Numbered from the stretch's first letter, positions 1 through 15,000 are shown. The stretch is 64,000 nucleotides of DNA from Utricularia gibba (GCA_002189035.1 NEEC01000030.1:1-64000); one strand, 5' to 3'. The notes: generated by a model not told the origin, from the letters alone. A program made the numbers and translations.

Positions 1-3000
1 GGGGCACCTAGAACGGGACAAAGGTCAGGTTGGGTTAGGCCGAAAGTTAGTTGTAGCCTGGCAACTAAAGCGATGCACTTATTAACGTTCGGTTTTCAGG
101 GGCTTCCTACAAGGTTTTTCAAGGAACAACTTCTCGTTTTGTGTCGGCCACTCTCACTGGCACTTGGTCCGGCGCTGCGTTCGGTCCGGCTCATGAGCCC
201 AACCGGGTGCGAGTCGACGAAAATAATGATGCATTTGTTTAAAGTAAGATGTCACGTGCACCCCACATGATTTTTTCAACAACTTACTTTATACTTGGAG
301 GCGGTCTTGGGGGGCACCTAGAACGGGACAAAGGTCAGGTTGGGTTAGGGCCGAAAGTTAGTTGTAGCCTGGCAACTAAAGCGATGCACTTATTAAGTTT
401 TCAGGGGCTTCCTACAAGGTTTTTCAAGGAACAACTTCTCGTTTTGTGTCGGCCACTCTCACTGGGCACTTGGTCCGGCGCTGCGTTCGGTCCGGCTCAT
501 GAGCCCAACCGGGTGCGAGTCGACGAAAATAATGATGCATTTGTTTAAAGTAAGATGTCACGTGCACCCCACATGATTTTTTCAACAACTTACTTTATAC
601 TTGAGGAGGCGGTCTTGGGGGCACCTAGAACGGGACAAAGGTCAGGTTGGGTTAGGGCCGAAAGTTAGTTGTAGCCTGGCAACTAAAGCGATGCACTTAT
701 TAACGTTCGGTTTTCAGGGGCTTCCTACAAGGTTTTTCAAGGAACAACTTCTCGTTTTGTGTCGGCCACTCTCACTGGGCACTTGGTCCGCGCTGCGTTC
801 GGTCCGGCTCATGTGCGAGTCGACGAAAATAATGATGCATTTGTTTAAAGTAAATGTCACGTGCACCCCACATGATTTTTTCAACAACTTACTTTATACT
901 TGAGGAGGCGGTCTTGGGGGCACTAGAACGGGACAAAGTCAGGTTGGGTTAGGGCCGAAAGTTAGTTGTAGCCTGGCAACTAAAGCGATGCACTTATTAA
1001 CGTTCGGTTTCAGGGCTTCCTACAAGGTTTCAAGGAACAACTTCTCTTTTGTGTCGGCCACTCTCACTGGGCAGTCCGGCGCTGCGTTCGGTCCGGCTCA
1101 TGAGCCCAACCGGGTGCGAGTCGACGAAAATAATGATGCATTTGTTTAAAGTAAGATGTCACGTGCACCCACATGATTTTTTCAACAACTTACTTTATAC
1201 TTGAGGAGGCGGTCTTGGGGGCACCTAGAACGGGACAAAGGTCAGGTTGGGTTAGGGCCGAAAGTTAGTTGTAGCCTGGCAACTAAAGCGATGCACTTAT
1301 TAACGTTCGGTTTTCAGGGGCTTCCTACAAGGTTTTTCAAGGAACAACTTCTCGTTTTGTGTCGGCCACTCTCACTGGGCACTTGGTCCGGCGCTGCGTT
1401 CGGTCCGGCTCATGAGCCCAACCGGTGCGAGTCGACGAAAATAATGATGCATTTGTTTAAAGTAAGATGTCACGTGCACCCCACATGATTTTTTCAACAA
1501 CTTACTTTATACTTGAGGAGGCGGTCTTGGGGGCACCTAGAAGGGACAAAGGTCAGGTTGGGTTAGGGCCGAAAGTTAGTTGTAGCCTGGCAACTAAAGC
1601 GATGCACTTATTAACGTTCGGTTTTCAGGGCTTCCTACAAGGTTTTTCAAGGAACAACTTCTCGTTTTGTGTCGGCCACTCTCACTGGGCACTTGGTCCG
1701 GCGCTGCGTTCGGTCCGGCTCATGAGCCCAACCGGGTGCGAGTCGACGAAAATAATGATGCATTTGTTTAAAGTAAGATGTCACGTGCACCCCACATGAT
1801 TTTTTCAACAACTTACTTTATACTTGAGGAGGCGGTCTTGGGGGCACCTAGACGGGACAAAGGTCAGGTTGGGTTAGGGCCGAAAGTTAGTTGTAGCCTG
1901 GCAACTAAAGCGATGCACTTATTAACGTTCGGTTTTCAGGGGCTTCCTACAAGGTTTTTCAAGGAACAACTTCTCGTTTTGTGTCGGCCACTCTCACTGG
2001 GCACTTGGTCCGGCGCTGCGTTCGGTCCGGCTCATGAGCCCAACCGGGTGCGAGTCGACGAAAATAATGATGCATTTGTTTAAAGTAAGATGTCACGTGC
2101 ACCCCACATGATTTTTTCAACAACTTACTTTATACTTGAGGAGGCGGTCTTGGGGGCACCTAGAACGGGACAAAGGTCAGGTTGGGTTAGGCCGAAAGTT
2201 AGTTGTAGCCTGGCAACAAGCGATGCACTTATTAACGTTCGGTTTTCAGGGGCTTCCTACAAGGTTTTTCAAGGAACAACTTCTCGTTTTGTGTCGGCCA
2301 CTCTCACTGGGCACTTGGTCCGGCGCTGCGTTCGGTCCGGCTCATGAGCCCAACCGGGTGCGAGTCGACGAAAATAATGATGCATTTGTTTAAAGTAAGA
2401 TGTCACGTGCACCCCACATGATTTTTTCAACAACTTACTTTATACTTGAGGAGGCGGTCTTGGGGGGCACCTAGAAGGGACAAAGGTCAGGTTGGGTTAG
2501 GGCCGAAAGTTAGTTGTAGCCTGGCAACTAAAGCGATGCACTTATTAACGTTCGGTTTTCAGGGGCTTCCTACAAGGTTTTTCAAGGAACAACTTCTCGT
2601 TTTGTGTCGGCCACTCTCACTGGCACTTGGTCCGGCGCTGCGTTCGGTCCGGCTCATGAGCCCAACCGGGTGCGAGTCGACGAAAATAATGATGCATTTG
2701 TTTAAAGTAAGATGTCACGTGCACCCCACATGATTTTTTCAACAACTTACTTTATACTTGAGGAGGGTCTTGGGGGGCACCTAGAACGGACAAAGGTCAG
2801 GTTGGGTTAGGGCCGAAAGTTAGTTGTAGCCTGGCAACTAAAGCGATGCACTTATTAACGTTCGGTTTTCAGGGGCTTCCTACAAGGTTTTTCAAGGAAC
2901 AACTTCTCGTTTTGTGTCGGCCACTCTCACTGGGCACTTGGTCCGGCGCTGCGTTCGGTCCGGCTCATGAGCCCAACCGGGTGCGAGTCGACGAAAATAA

Positions 3001-6000
3001 TGATGCATTTGTTTAAAGTAAGATGTCACGTGCACCCCACATGATTTTTTCAACAACTTACTTTATACTTGAGGAGGCGGTCTTGGGGCACTAGAACGGG
3101 ACAAAGGTCAGGTTGGGTTAGGGCCGAAAGTTAGTTGTAGCCTGGCAACTAAAGCGATGCACTTATTAACGTTCGGTTTTCAGGGGCTTCCTACAAGGTT
3201 TTTCAAGGAACAACTTCTCGTTTTGTGTCGGCCACTCTCACTGGGCACTTGGTCCGGCGCTGCGTTCGGTCCGGCTCATGAGCCCAACCGGTGCGAGTCG
3301 ACGAAAATAATGATGCATTTGTTTAAAGTAAGATGTCACGTGCACCCCACATGATTTTTTCAACAACTTACTTTATACTTGAGGAGGCGGTCTTGGGGGC
3401 ACCTAGAAGGGACAAAGGTCAGGTTGGGTTAGGGCCGAAAGTTAGTTGTAGCCTGGCAACTAAAGCGATGCACTTATTAACGTTCGGTTTTCAGGGGCTT
3501 CCTACAAGGTTTTCAAGGAACAACTTCTCGTTTTGTGTCGCCACTCTCACTGGGCACTTGGTCCGGCGCTGCGTTCGGTCCGGCTCATGAGCCCAACGGG
3601 TGCGAGTCGACGAAAATAATGATGCATTTGTTTAAAGTAAGATGTCACGTGCACCCCACATGATTTTTTCAACAACTTACTTTATACTTGAGGAGGCGGT
3701 CTTGGGGGCACCTAGAAGGACAAAGGTCAGGTTGGGTTAGGGCCGAAAGTTAGTTGTAGCCTGGCAACTAAAGCGATGCACTTATTAACGTTCGGTTTTC
3801 AGGGGCTTCCTACAAGGTTTTCAAGGAACAACTTCTCGTTTTGTGTCGGCCACTCTCACTGGGCACTTGGTCCGGCGCTGCGTTCGGTCCGGCTCATGAG
3901 CCCAACCGGTGCGAGTCGACGAAAATAATGATGCATTTGTTTAAAGTAAGATGTCACGTGCACCCCACATGATTTTTTCAACAACTTACTTTATACTTGA
4001 GGAGGCGGTCTTGGGGGCACCTAGAACGGACAAAGGTCAGGTTGGGTTAGGGCCGAAAGTTAGTTGTAGCCTGGCAACTAAAGCGATGCACTTATTAACG
4101 TTCGGTTTTCAGGGCTTCCTACAAGGTTTTTCAAGGAACAACTTCTCGTTTTGTGTCGGCCACTCTCACTGGGCACTTGGTCCGGCGCTGCGTTCGGTCC
4201 GGCTCATGAGCCCAACCGGTGCGAGTCGACGAAAATAATGATGCATTTGTTTAAAGTAAGATGTCACGTGCACCCCACATGATTTTTTCAACAACTTACT
4301 TTATACTTGAGGAGGCGGTCTTGGGGGCACCTAGAACGGGACAAAGGTCAGGTTGGGTTAGGGCCGAAAGTTAGTTGTAGCCTGGCAACTAAAGCGATGC
4401 ACTTATTAACGTTCGGTTTTCAGGGGCTTCCTACAAGGTTTTTCAAGGAACAACTTCTCGTTTTGTGTCGGCCACTCTCACTGGGCACTTGGTCCGGCGC
4501 TGCGTTCGGTCCGGCTCATGAGCCCAACCGGTGCGAGTCGACGAAAATAATGATGCATTTGTTTAAAGTAAGATGTCACGTGCACCCCACATGATTTTTT
4601 CAACAACTTACTTTATACTTGAGGAGGCGGTCTTGGGGGGCACCTAGAACGGGACAAAGGTCAGGTTGGGTTAGGGCCGAAAGTTAGTTGTAGCCTGGCA
4701 ACTAAAGCGATGCACTTATTAACGTTCGGTTTTCAGGGGCTTCCTACAAGGTTTTTCAAGGAACAACTTCTCGTTTTGTGTCGGCCACTCTCACTGGGCA
4801 CTTGGTCCGGCGCTGCGTTCGGTCCGGCTCATGAGCCCAACCGGGTGCGAGTCGACGAAAATAATGATGCATTTGTTTAAAGTAAGATGTCACGTGCACC
4901 CCACATGATTTTTTCAACAACTTACTTTATACTTGAGGAGGCGGTCTTGGGGGCACTAGAAGGGACAAAGGTCAGGTTGGGTTAGGGCCGAAAGTTAGTT
5001 GTAGCCTGGCAACTAAAGCGATGCACTTATTAACGTTCGGTTTTCAGGGCTTCCTACAAGGTTTTCAAGGAACAACTTTCGTTTTGTGTCGGCCACTCAC
5101 TGGGCACTTGGTCCGGCGCTGCGTTCGTCCGGCTCATGCCCAACCGGGTGCGAGTCGACGAAAATAATGATGCATTTGTTTAAAGTAAGATGTCACGTGC
5201 ACCCCACATGATTTTTTCAACAACTTACTTTATACTTGAGGAGGCGGTCTTGGGGGACCTAGAACGGGACAAAGGTCAGGTTGGGTTAGGGCCGAAAGTT
5301 AGTTGTAGCCTGGCAACTAAAGCGATGCACTTATTAACGTTCGGTTTTCAGGGCTTCCTACAAGGTTTTTCAAGGAACAACTTCTCGTTTTGTGTCGGCC
5401 ACTCTCACTGGGCACTTGGTCCGGCGCTGCGTTCGGTCCGGCTCATGAGCCCAACGAACGAACTTCTCGATTTTGATGCATTTTTTAAAGTAAGACTGTG
5501 CACTTGTGCACCCCACATGCGTTCGGTTTCCGGCTCATGAGCCCAACCGGGTGCGAGTCGACGAAAATAATGATGCATTTGTTTAAAGTAAGATGTCACG
5601 TGCACCACATGATTTTTTCAACAACTTACTTTATACTTGAGGAGGCGGTCTTGGGGGCACCTAGAACGGGACAAAGGTCAGGTTGGGTTAGGGCCGAAAG
5701 TTAGTTGTAGCCTGGCAACTAAAGCGATGCACTTATTAACGTTCGGTTTTCAGGGGCTTCCTACAAGGTTTTTCAAGGAACAACTTCTCGTTTTGTGTCG
5801 GCCACTCTCACTGGGCACTTGGTCCGGCGCTGCGTTCGGTCCGGCTCATGAGCCCAACCGGGTGCGAGTCGACGAAAATAATGATGCATTTGTTTAAAGT
5901 AAGATGTCACGTGCACCCACATGATTTTTTCAACAACTTACTTTATACTTGAGGAGGCGGTCTTGGGGGGCACTAGAAGGGACAAAGGTCAGGTTGGGTT

Positions 6001-9000
6001 AGGGCCGAAAGTTAGTTGTAGCCTGGCAACTAAAGCGATGCACTTATTAACGTTCGGTTTTCAGGGGCTTCCTACAAGGTTTTTCAAGGAACAACTTCTC
6101 GTTTTGTGTCGGCCACTCTCACTGGGCACTTGGTCCGGCGCTGCGTTCGGTCCGGCTCATGAGCCCAACCGGGTGCGAGTCGACGAAAATAATGATGCAT
6201 TTGTTTAAAGTAAGATGTCACGTGCACCCCACATGATTTTTTCAACAACTTACTTTATACTTGAGGAGGCGGTCTTGGGGGCACCTAGAACGGGACAAAG
6301 GTCAGGTTGGGTTAGGGCCGAAAGTTAGTTGTAGCCTGGCAACTAAAGCGATGCACTTATTAACGTTCGGTTTTCAGGGGCTTCCTACAAGGTTTTTCAA
6401 GGAACAACTTCTCGTTTTGTGTCGGCCACTCTCACTGGGCACTTGGTCCGGCGCTGCGTTCGGTCCGGCTCATGAGCCCAGGGTCGAGTCGAAAATAATG
6501 ATGCATTTGTTTAAAGTAAGATGTCACGTGCACCCACATGATTTTTTCAACAACTTACTTTATACTTGAGGAGGCGGTCTTGGGGGGCACCTAGAACGGG
6601 ACAAAGGTCAGGTTGGGTTAGGCCGAAAGTTAGTTGTAGCCTGGCAACTAAAGCGATGCACTTATTAACGTTCGGTTTTCAGGGGCTTCCTACAAGGTTT
6701 TTCAAGGAACAACTTCTCGTTTTGTGTCGGCCACTCTCACTTGGTGGCGCTGCGTTCGGTCCGGCTCATGAGCCGGTGCGAGTCGACGAAAATAATGATG
6801 CATTTGTTTAAAGTAAGATGTCACGTGCACCCCATGATTTTTTCAACAACTTACTTTATACTTGAGGAGGCGGTCTTGGGGGCACCTAGAAGGGACAAAG
6901 GTCAGGTTGGGTTAGGGCCGAAAGTTAGTAGCCTGGCAACTAAAGCGATGCACTTATTAACGTTCGGTTTTCAGGGGCTTCCTACAAGGTTTTTCAAGGA
7001 ACAACTTCTCGTTTTGTGTCGGCCACTCTCACTGGGCACTTGGTCGGCTGCGTTCGGTCCGGCTCATGAGCCCAACCGGGTGCGAGTCGACGAAAATAAT
7101 GATGCATTTGTTTAAAGTAAGATGTCACGTGCACCCCACATGATTTTTTCAACAACTTACTTTATACTTGAGGAGGCGGTCTTGGGGCACCTAGAACGGG
7201 ACAAAGGTCAGGTTGGGTTAGGGCCGAAAGTTAGTTGTAGCCTGGCAACTAAAGCGATGCACTTATTAACGTTCGGTTTTCAGGGGCTTCCTACAAGGTT
7301 TTTCAAGGAACAACTTCTCGTTTTGTGTCGGCCACTCTCACTGGGCACTTGGTCCGGCGCTGCGTTCGGTCCGGCTCATGAGCCCAACCGTGCGAGTCGA
7401 CGAAAATAATGATGCATTTGTTTAAAGTAAGATGTCACGTGCACCCCACATGATTTTTTCAACAACTTACTTTATACTTGAGGAGGCGGTCTTGGGGGGC
7501 ACCTAGAAGGGACAAAGGTCAGGTTGGGTTAGGGCCGAAAGTTAGTTGTAGCCTGGCAACTAAAGCGATGCACTTATTAACGTTCGGTTTTCAGGGGCTT
7601 CCTACAAGGTTTTTCAAGGAACAACTTCTCGTTTTGTGTCGGCCACTCTCACTGGGCACTTGGTCCGGCGCTGCGTTCGGTCCGGCTCATGAGCCCAACC
7701 GGTGCGAGTCGACGAAAATAATGATGCATTTGTTTAAAGTAAGATGTCACGTGCACCCCACATGATTTTTTCAACAACTTACTTTATACTTGAGGAGGCG
7801 GTCTTGGGGGCACCTAGAACGGGACAAAGGTCAGGTTGGGTTAGGGCCGAAAGTTAGTTGTAGCCTGGCAACTAAAGCGATGCACTTATTAACGTTCGGT
7901 TTTCAGGGGCTTCCTACAAGGTTTTTCAAGGAACAACTTCTCGTTTTGTGTCGGCCACTCTCACTGGCACTTGGTCCGGCGCTGCGTTCGGTCCGGCTCA
8001 TGAGCCCAACCGGTGCGAGTCGACGAAATAATGATGCATTTGTTTAAAGTAAGATGTCACGTGCACCCCACATGATTTTTTCAACAACTTACTTTATACT
8101 TGAGGAGGCGGTCTTGGGGGCACCTAGAACGGGACAAAGGTCAGGTTGGGTTAGGGCCGAAAGTTAGTTGTAGCCTGGCAACTAAAGCGATGCACTTATT
8201 AACGTTCGGTTTTCAGGGGCTTCCTACAAGGTTTTTCAAGGAACAACTTCTCGTTTTGTGTCGGCCACTCTCACTGGGCACTTGGTCCGGCGCTGCGTTC
8301 GGTCCGGCTCATGAGCCCAACCGGGTGCGAGTCGACGAAAATAATGATGCATTTGTTTAAAGTAAGATGTCACGTGCACCCCACATGATTTTTTCAACAA
8401 CTTACTTTATACTTGAGGAGGCGTCTTGGGGGCACCTAGAAGGACAAAGGTCAGGTTGGGTTAGGGCCGAAAGTTAGTTGTAGCCTGGCAACTAAAGCGA
8501 TGCACTTATTAACGTTCGGTTTTCAGGGGCTTCCTACAAGGTTTTTCAAGGAACAACTTCTCGTTTTGTGTCGGCCACTCTCACTGGGCACTTGTCCGGC
8601 GCTGCCGGTCCGGCTCATGCGGGTTCGGAAATAATGATGCATTTGTTTAAAGTAAGATGTCACGTGCACCCCACATCAACAACTTACTTTATACTTGAGG
8701 AGGCGGTCTTGGGGGGCAACCGGTCAGGTTGGTTAGGCGAGTCGGCAACGATGCAAATAGGGCTTCCTACAAGGTTTTTCAAGGAACAACTTCTCGTTTT
8801 GTGTCGGCCACTCTCACTGGGCACTTGTCCGGCGCTGCGTTCGGTCCGGCTCATGAGCCCAACCGGTGCGAGTCGACGAAAATAATGATGCATTTGTTTA
8901 AAGTAAGATGTCACGTGCACCCCACATGATTTTTTCAACAACTTACTTTATACTTGAGGAGGCGGTCTTGGGGGGCACCTAGAACGGGACAAAGGTCAGG

Positions 9001-12000
9001 TTGGGTTAGGGCCGAAAGTTAGTTGTAGCCTGGCAACTAAAGCGATGCACTTATTAACGTTCGGTTTTCAGGGGCTTCCTACAAGGTTTTTCAAGGAACA
9101 ACTTCTCGTTTTTGTGTCGGCCACTCTCACTGGGCACTTGGTCCGGCGCTGCGTTCGGTCCGGCTCATGAGCCCAACCGGTGCGAGTCGACGAAAATAAT
9201 GATGCATTTGTTTAAAGTAAGATGTCACGTGCACCCCACATGATTTTTTCAACAACTTACTTTATACTTGAGGAGCGTCTTGGGGCACCTAGAACGGGAC
9301 AAAGGTCAGGTTGGGTTAGGCCGAAAGTTAGTTGTAGCCTGGCAACTAAAGCGATGCACTTATTAACGTTCGTTTTCAGGGCTTCCTACAAGGTTTTTCA
9401 AGGAACAACTTCTCGTTTTGTGTCGGCCACTCTCACTGGGCACTTGGTCCGGCGCTGCGTTCGGTCCGGCTCATGAGCCCAACCGGCGAGTCGACGAAAA
9501 TAATGATGCATTTGTTTAAAGTAAGATGTCACGTGCACCCCACATGATTTTTTCAACAACTTACTTTATACTTGAGGAGGCGGTCTTGGGGGCACCTAGA
9601 AGGGACAAAGGTCAGGTTGGGTTAGGGCCGAAAGTTAGTTGTAGCCTGGCAACTAAAGCGATGCACTTATTAACGTTCGGTTTTCAGGGCTTCCTACAAG
9701 GTTTTTCAAGGAACAACTTCTCGTTTTGTGTCGGCCACTCTCACTGGGCACTTGGTCCGCGCTGCGTTCGTCCGGCTCATGAGCCCAACCGGTGCGAGTC
9801 GACGAAAATAATGATGCATTTGTTTAAAGTAAGATGTCACGTGCACCCCACATGATTTTTTCAACAACTTACTTTATACTTGAGGAGGCGGTCTTGGGGG
9901 CACCTAGAACGGGACAAAGGTCAGGTTGGTTAGGGCCGAAAGTTAGTTGTAGCCTGGCAACTAAAGCGATGCACTTATTAACGTTCGTTTTCAGGGCTTC
10001 CTACAAGGTTTTTCAAGGAACAACTTCTCGTTTTTGTCGGCCACTCTCACTGGGCACTTGGTCCGGCGCTGCGTTCGGTCCGGCTCATGAGCCCAAGGTG
10101 CGAGTCGACGAAAATAATGATGCATTTGTTTAAAGTAAGATGTCACGTGCACCCCACATGATTTTTTCAACAACTTACTTTATACTTGAGGAGGCGTCTT
10201 GGGGGGCACCTAGAACGGACAAAGGTCAGGTTGGGTTAGGGCCGAAAGTTAGTTGTAGCCTGGCAACTAAAGCGATGCACTTATTAACGTTCGGTTTTCA
10301 GGGCTTCCTACAAGGTTTTTCAAGGAACAACTTCTCGTTTTTGTCGGCCACTCTCACTGGGCACTTGGTCCGGCGCTGCGTTCGTCCGGCTCATGAGCCC
10401 AACCGGTGCGAGTCGACGAAAATAATGATGCATTTGTTTAAAGTAAGATGTCACGTGCACCCCACATTTTTTCAACAACTTACTTTATACTTGAGGAGGC
10501 GGTCTTGGGGGCACCTAGAACGGGACAAAGGTCAGGTTGGGTTAGGGCCGAAAGTTAGTTGTAGCCTGGCAACTAAAGCGATGCACTTATTAACGTTCGG
10601 TTTTCAGGGGCTTCCTACAAGGTTTTTCAAGGAACAACTTCTCTTGTGTCGGCCACTCTCACTGGGCACTTGTCCGGCGCTGCGTTCGGTCCGGCTCATG
10701 AGCCCAACCGGTGCGAGTCGACGAAAATAATGATGCATTTGTTTAAAGTAAGATGTCACGTGCACCCCACATGATTTTTTCAACAACTTACTTTATACTT
10801 GAGGAGCGGTCTTGGGGGCACCTAGAACGGGACAAAGGTCAGGTTGGGTTAGGGCCGAAAGTTAGTTGTAGCCTGGCAACTAAAGCGATGCACTTATTAA
10901 CGTTCGGTTTTCAGGGCTTCCTACAAGGTTTTTCAAGGAACAACTTCTCGTTTTGTGTCGGCCACTCTCACTGGGCACTTGGTCCGGCGCTGCGTTCGGT
11001 CCGGCTCATGAGCCCAACCGGGTGCGAGTCGACGAAAATAATGATGCATTTGTTTAAAGTAAGATGTCACGTGCACCCCACATGAGGAGGCGGTCTTGGG
11101 GGCAAAGTTAGTTGTAGCCTGGCAACTAAAGCGATGCACTTATTAACGTTCGGTTTTCAGGGGCTTCCTACAAGGTTTTTCAAGGAACAACTTCTCGTTT
11201 TGTGTCGGCCACTCTCACTGGGCACTTGGTCCGGCTGCGTTCGGTCCGGCTCATGAGCCCAACCGGGTGCGAGTCGACGAAAATAATGATGCATTTGTTT
11301 AAAGTAAGATGTCACGTGCACCCCACATGATTTTTTCAACAACTTACTTTATACTTGAGGAGGCGGTCTTGGGGGGCACTTAGAACGGGACGGTTTTCAG
11401 GGGCTTCCTACAAGGTTTTTCAAGGAACAACTTCTCGTTTTGTGTCGGCCACTCTCACTGGGCACTTGGTCCGGCGCTGCGTTCGGTCCGGCTCATGAGC
11501 CGAACCACTGGCAACTTACTTTATACTTGCGACCTAGAACGGACAAAGGTCAGGTATTAATGTGCATGCGTTTTTTCAGGGGCTTCTCGTTTTGTGTCGG
11601 CCACGTGGTCACCCCAATAATGATGCATTTGTTTAAAGTAAGATGTCACGTGCACCCCACATGATTTTTTCAACAACTTACTTTATACTTGAGGAGGCGG
11701 TCTTGGGGGGCACCTAGAACGGCCAAAGGTCAACTCGTTGGGTTTTCAGGGGCTTCCTACAAGGTTTTTCAAGGAACAACTTCTCGTTAGTTGTCTCGGG
11801 TCCGGCTCCTGATGCATTTGTTTAAAGTAAGATGTCACGTGCACCCCACATGATTTTTTCAACAACTTACTTTATACTTGAGGAGGCGTCTTGGGGGCAC
11901 CTAGAACGGGACAAAGGTCAGTTAACGTTGCGTTTTTTCAGGGGCTTCCTACAAGGTTTTTCAAGGAACAACTTCTCGTTTTGTGTCGGCCACTCTCACT

Positions 12001-15000
12001 GGGCACTTGGTCCGGCGCTGCGTTCGGTCCGGCTCATGAGCCCAACCGGGTGCGAGTCGACGAAAATAATGATGCATTTGTTTAAAGTAAGATGTCACGT
12101 GCACCCCACATGATTTTTTCAACAACTTACTTTATACTTGAGGAGGCGGTCTTGGGGGGCACCTAGAACGGGACAAAGGTCAGGTTGGGTTAGGGCCGAA
12201 AGTTAGTTGTTTTCAGCTTCCTACAAGGCAAGGAACAACTTCTCGTTTTGTGTCGGCCACTCTCACTGGGCACTTGGTCCGGCGCTGCGTTCGGTCCGGC
12301 TCATGAGCCCAACTTATTAACGTTCGATTTTCAGGCTTCCTACAAGGTTTTTCAAGGAACAACTTCTCGTTTTGTGTCGGCCACTCTCACTGGGCACTTG
12401 GTCCGGCGCGAGGAGGCGGTCTTGGGGGCACCTAGAACGGGACAAAGGTCAGGTTGGTTAGGGCCGAAAGTTAGTTGTAGCCTGGCAACTAAAGCGATGC
12501 ACTTATTAACGTTCGGTTTTCAGGGCTTCCTACAAGGTTTTTCAAGAGAACAATAATTCTGATGCATTTGTTTAAAGTAAGATGTCACGTGCACCCACAT
12601 GATTTTTTCAACAACTTACTTTATACTTGAGGAGGCGGTCTTGGGGGCACCTTCAGGTCCGAACAACTTTCGTAGCTTGGCAACTAGAGCCGATGGCACC
12701 TGCGAGTCGACGAAAATAATGATGCATTTGTTTAAAGTAAGATGTCACGTGCACCCCACATGATTTTTTCAACAACTTACTTTATACTTGAGGAGGCGGT
12801 CTTGGGGGCACCTAGAACAGGGGCCGAAAGTTAGTAGCCTGGCAACTAAAGCGATGCACTTATTAACGTTCGGTTTTCAGGGCTTCCTACAAGGTTTTTC
12901 AAGGAACAACTTCTCGTTTTGTGTCGGCCACTCTCACTGGGCTTGGTCCGGCGCTGCGTTCGGTCCGGCTCATGAGCCCAACCGGGTGCGAGTCGACGAA
13001 AATAATGATGCATTTGTTTAAAGTAAGATGTCACGTGCACCCACATGATTTTTTCAACAACTTACTTTATACTTGAGGAGGCGTTTTTCAACAACCTTAC
13101 TTTACAGGAGGTTTTTCAAGGAACAACTTCTCGTTTTGTGTCGGCCACTCTCACTGGGCACTTGGTCCGGCGCTGCGTTCGGTCCGGCTCATGAGCCCAA
13201 CCGGGTGCGAGTCGACGAAAATTGTCATGTTGCGATGCACCTGGCAACTAAAGCGATGCACTTATTAACGTTCGGTTTTCAGGGCTTCCTACAAGGTTTT
13301 TCAAGGAACAACTTCTCGTTTTGTGTCGGCCACTCTCACTGGGCACTTGGTCCGGCGCTGCGTTCGGTCGGCTCATGAGCCCAACCGGGTGCGAGTCGAC
13401 GAAAATAATGATGCATTTGTTTAAAGTAAGATGTCACGTGCACCCACATGATTTTTTCAACAACTTACTTTATACTTGAGGAGGCGGTCTTGGGGGGCAC
13501 CTAGAACGGGACAAAGGTCAGGTTGGGTTAGGGCCGAAAGTTAGTTGTATGAGCCTGGAACGACGACGATGATTAACGTTCGGTTTTCAGGGGCTTCCTA
13601 CAAGGTTTTTCAAGGAACAACTTCTCGTTTTGTGTCGGCCACTCTCACTGGGCACTTGGTCCGGCGCTGCGTTCGGTCCGGCTCATGAGCCCAACCGGGT
13701 GCGAGTCGACGAAAATTACTTTATACTTGATCTTGCACCTAGAAGGGACAAAGGTCAGGTTGGGTTAGGGCCGAAAGTTAGTTGTAGCCTGGCAACTAAA
13801 GCGATGCACTTATTAACGTTCGGTTTTCACTTCCTACAAGGTTTTTCAAGGAACAACTTCTCGTTTTGTGTCGGCACTCTCACTGGGCACTTGGTCGGCG
13901 CTGCGTTCGGTCCGGCTCATGAGCCCAACGAGTCGACGAAAATAATGATGCATTTGTTTAAAGTAAGATGTCACGTTGATTTTTTCAACAACTTACTTTA
14001 TACTTGAGGAGGCGGTCTTGGGGGGCACCTAGAACGGGACAAAGGTTTTCAGGGGCTTCCTACAAGGTTTTTCAAGGAACAACTTCTCGTTTTGTGTCCG
14101 GGCAAAGTTAGTAATGATGCATTTGTTTAAAGTAAGATGTCACGTGGCAACTAAAGCGATGCACTTAGGGCCGAAAGTTAGTTGTAGCCTGGCAACTAAA
14201 GCGATGCACTTATTAACGTTCGGTTTTCAGGGGCTTCCTACAAGGTTTTTCAAGGAACAACTTCTCGTTTTGTGTCGGCCACTCTCACTGGGCACTTGGT
14301 CCGGCGCTGCGTTCGGTCCGGCTCATGAGCCCAACGGGTGCGAGTCGACAACTTCACGTGCACCCACATGATTTTTTCAACAACTTACTTTATACTTGAG
14401 GAGCGGTCTTGGGGGCACCTAGTCAGGTTGGGTTAGGGCCGAAAGTTAGTTGTAGCCTGGCAACTAAAGCGATGCACTTATTAACGTTCGTTTTCAGGGG
14501 CTTCCTACAAGGTTTTTCAAGGAACAACTTCTCGTTTTGTGTCGGCCACTCTCACTGGCACTTGGTCCGGCGCTGCGTTCGGTCCGGCTCATGAGCCCAA
14601 CCGGTGCGAGTCGACGAAAATAATGATGCATTTGTTTAAAGTAAGATGTCACGTGCACCCCACATGATTTTTTCAACAACTTACTTTATACTTGAGGAGC
14701 GGTCTTGGGGGCACTAGAAGGGACAAAGGTCAGGTTGGTTAGGGCCGAAAGTTAGTTGTAGCCTGGCAACTAAAGCGATGCACTTATTAACGTTCGGTTT
14801 TCAGGGGCTTCCTACAAGGTTTTTCAAGGAACAACTTCTCGTTTTGTGTCGGCCACCTGGGCACTTGGTCCGGCGCTGCGTTCGGTCCGGCTCATGAGCC
14901 CAACCGGTGCGAGTCGACGAAAATAATGATGCATTTGTTTAAAGTAAGATGTCACGTGCACCCACATGATTTTTTCAACAACTTACTTTATACTTGAGGA

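Noticed and set aside
1-311. 5S rDNA array (similar unit size; gtgcacccc followed by a T-run)
   Set aside because: The conserved 120-nt 5S sequence and its internal promoter boxes are absent on both strands; only a short resemblance to the 3' end exists.
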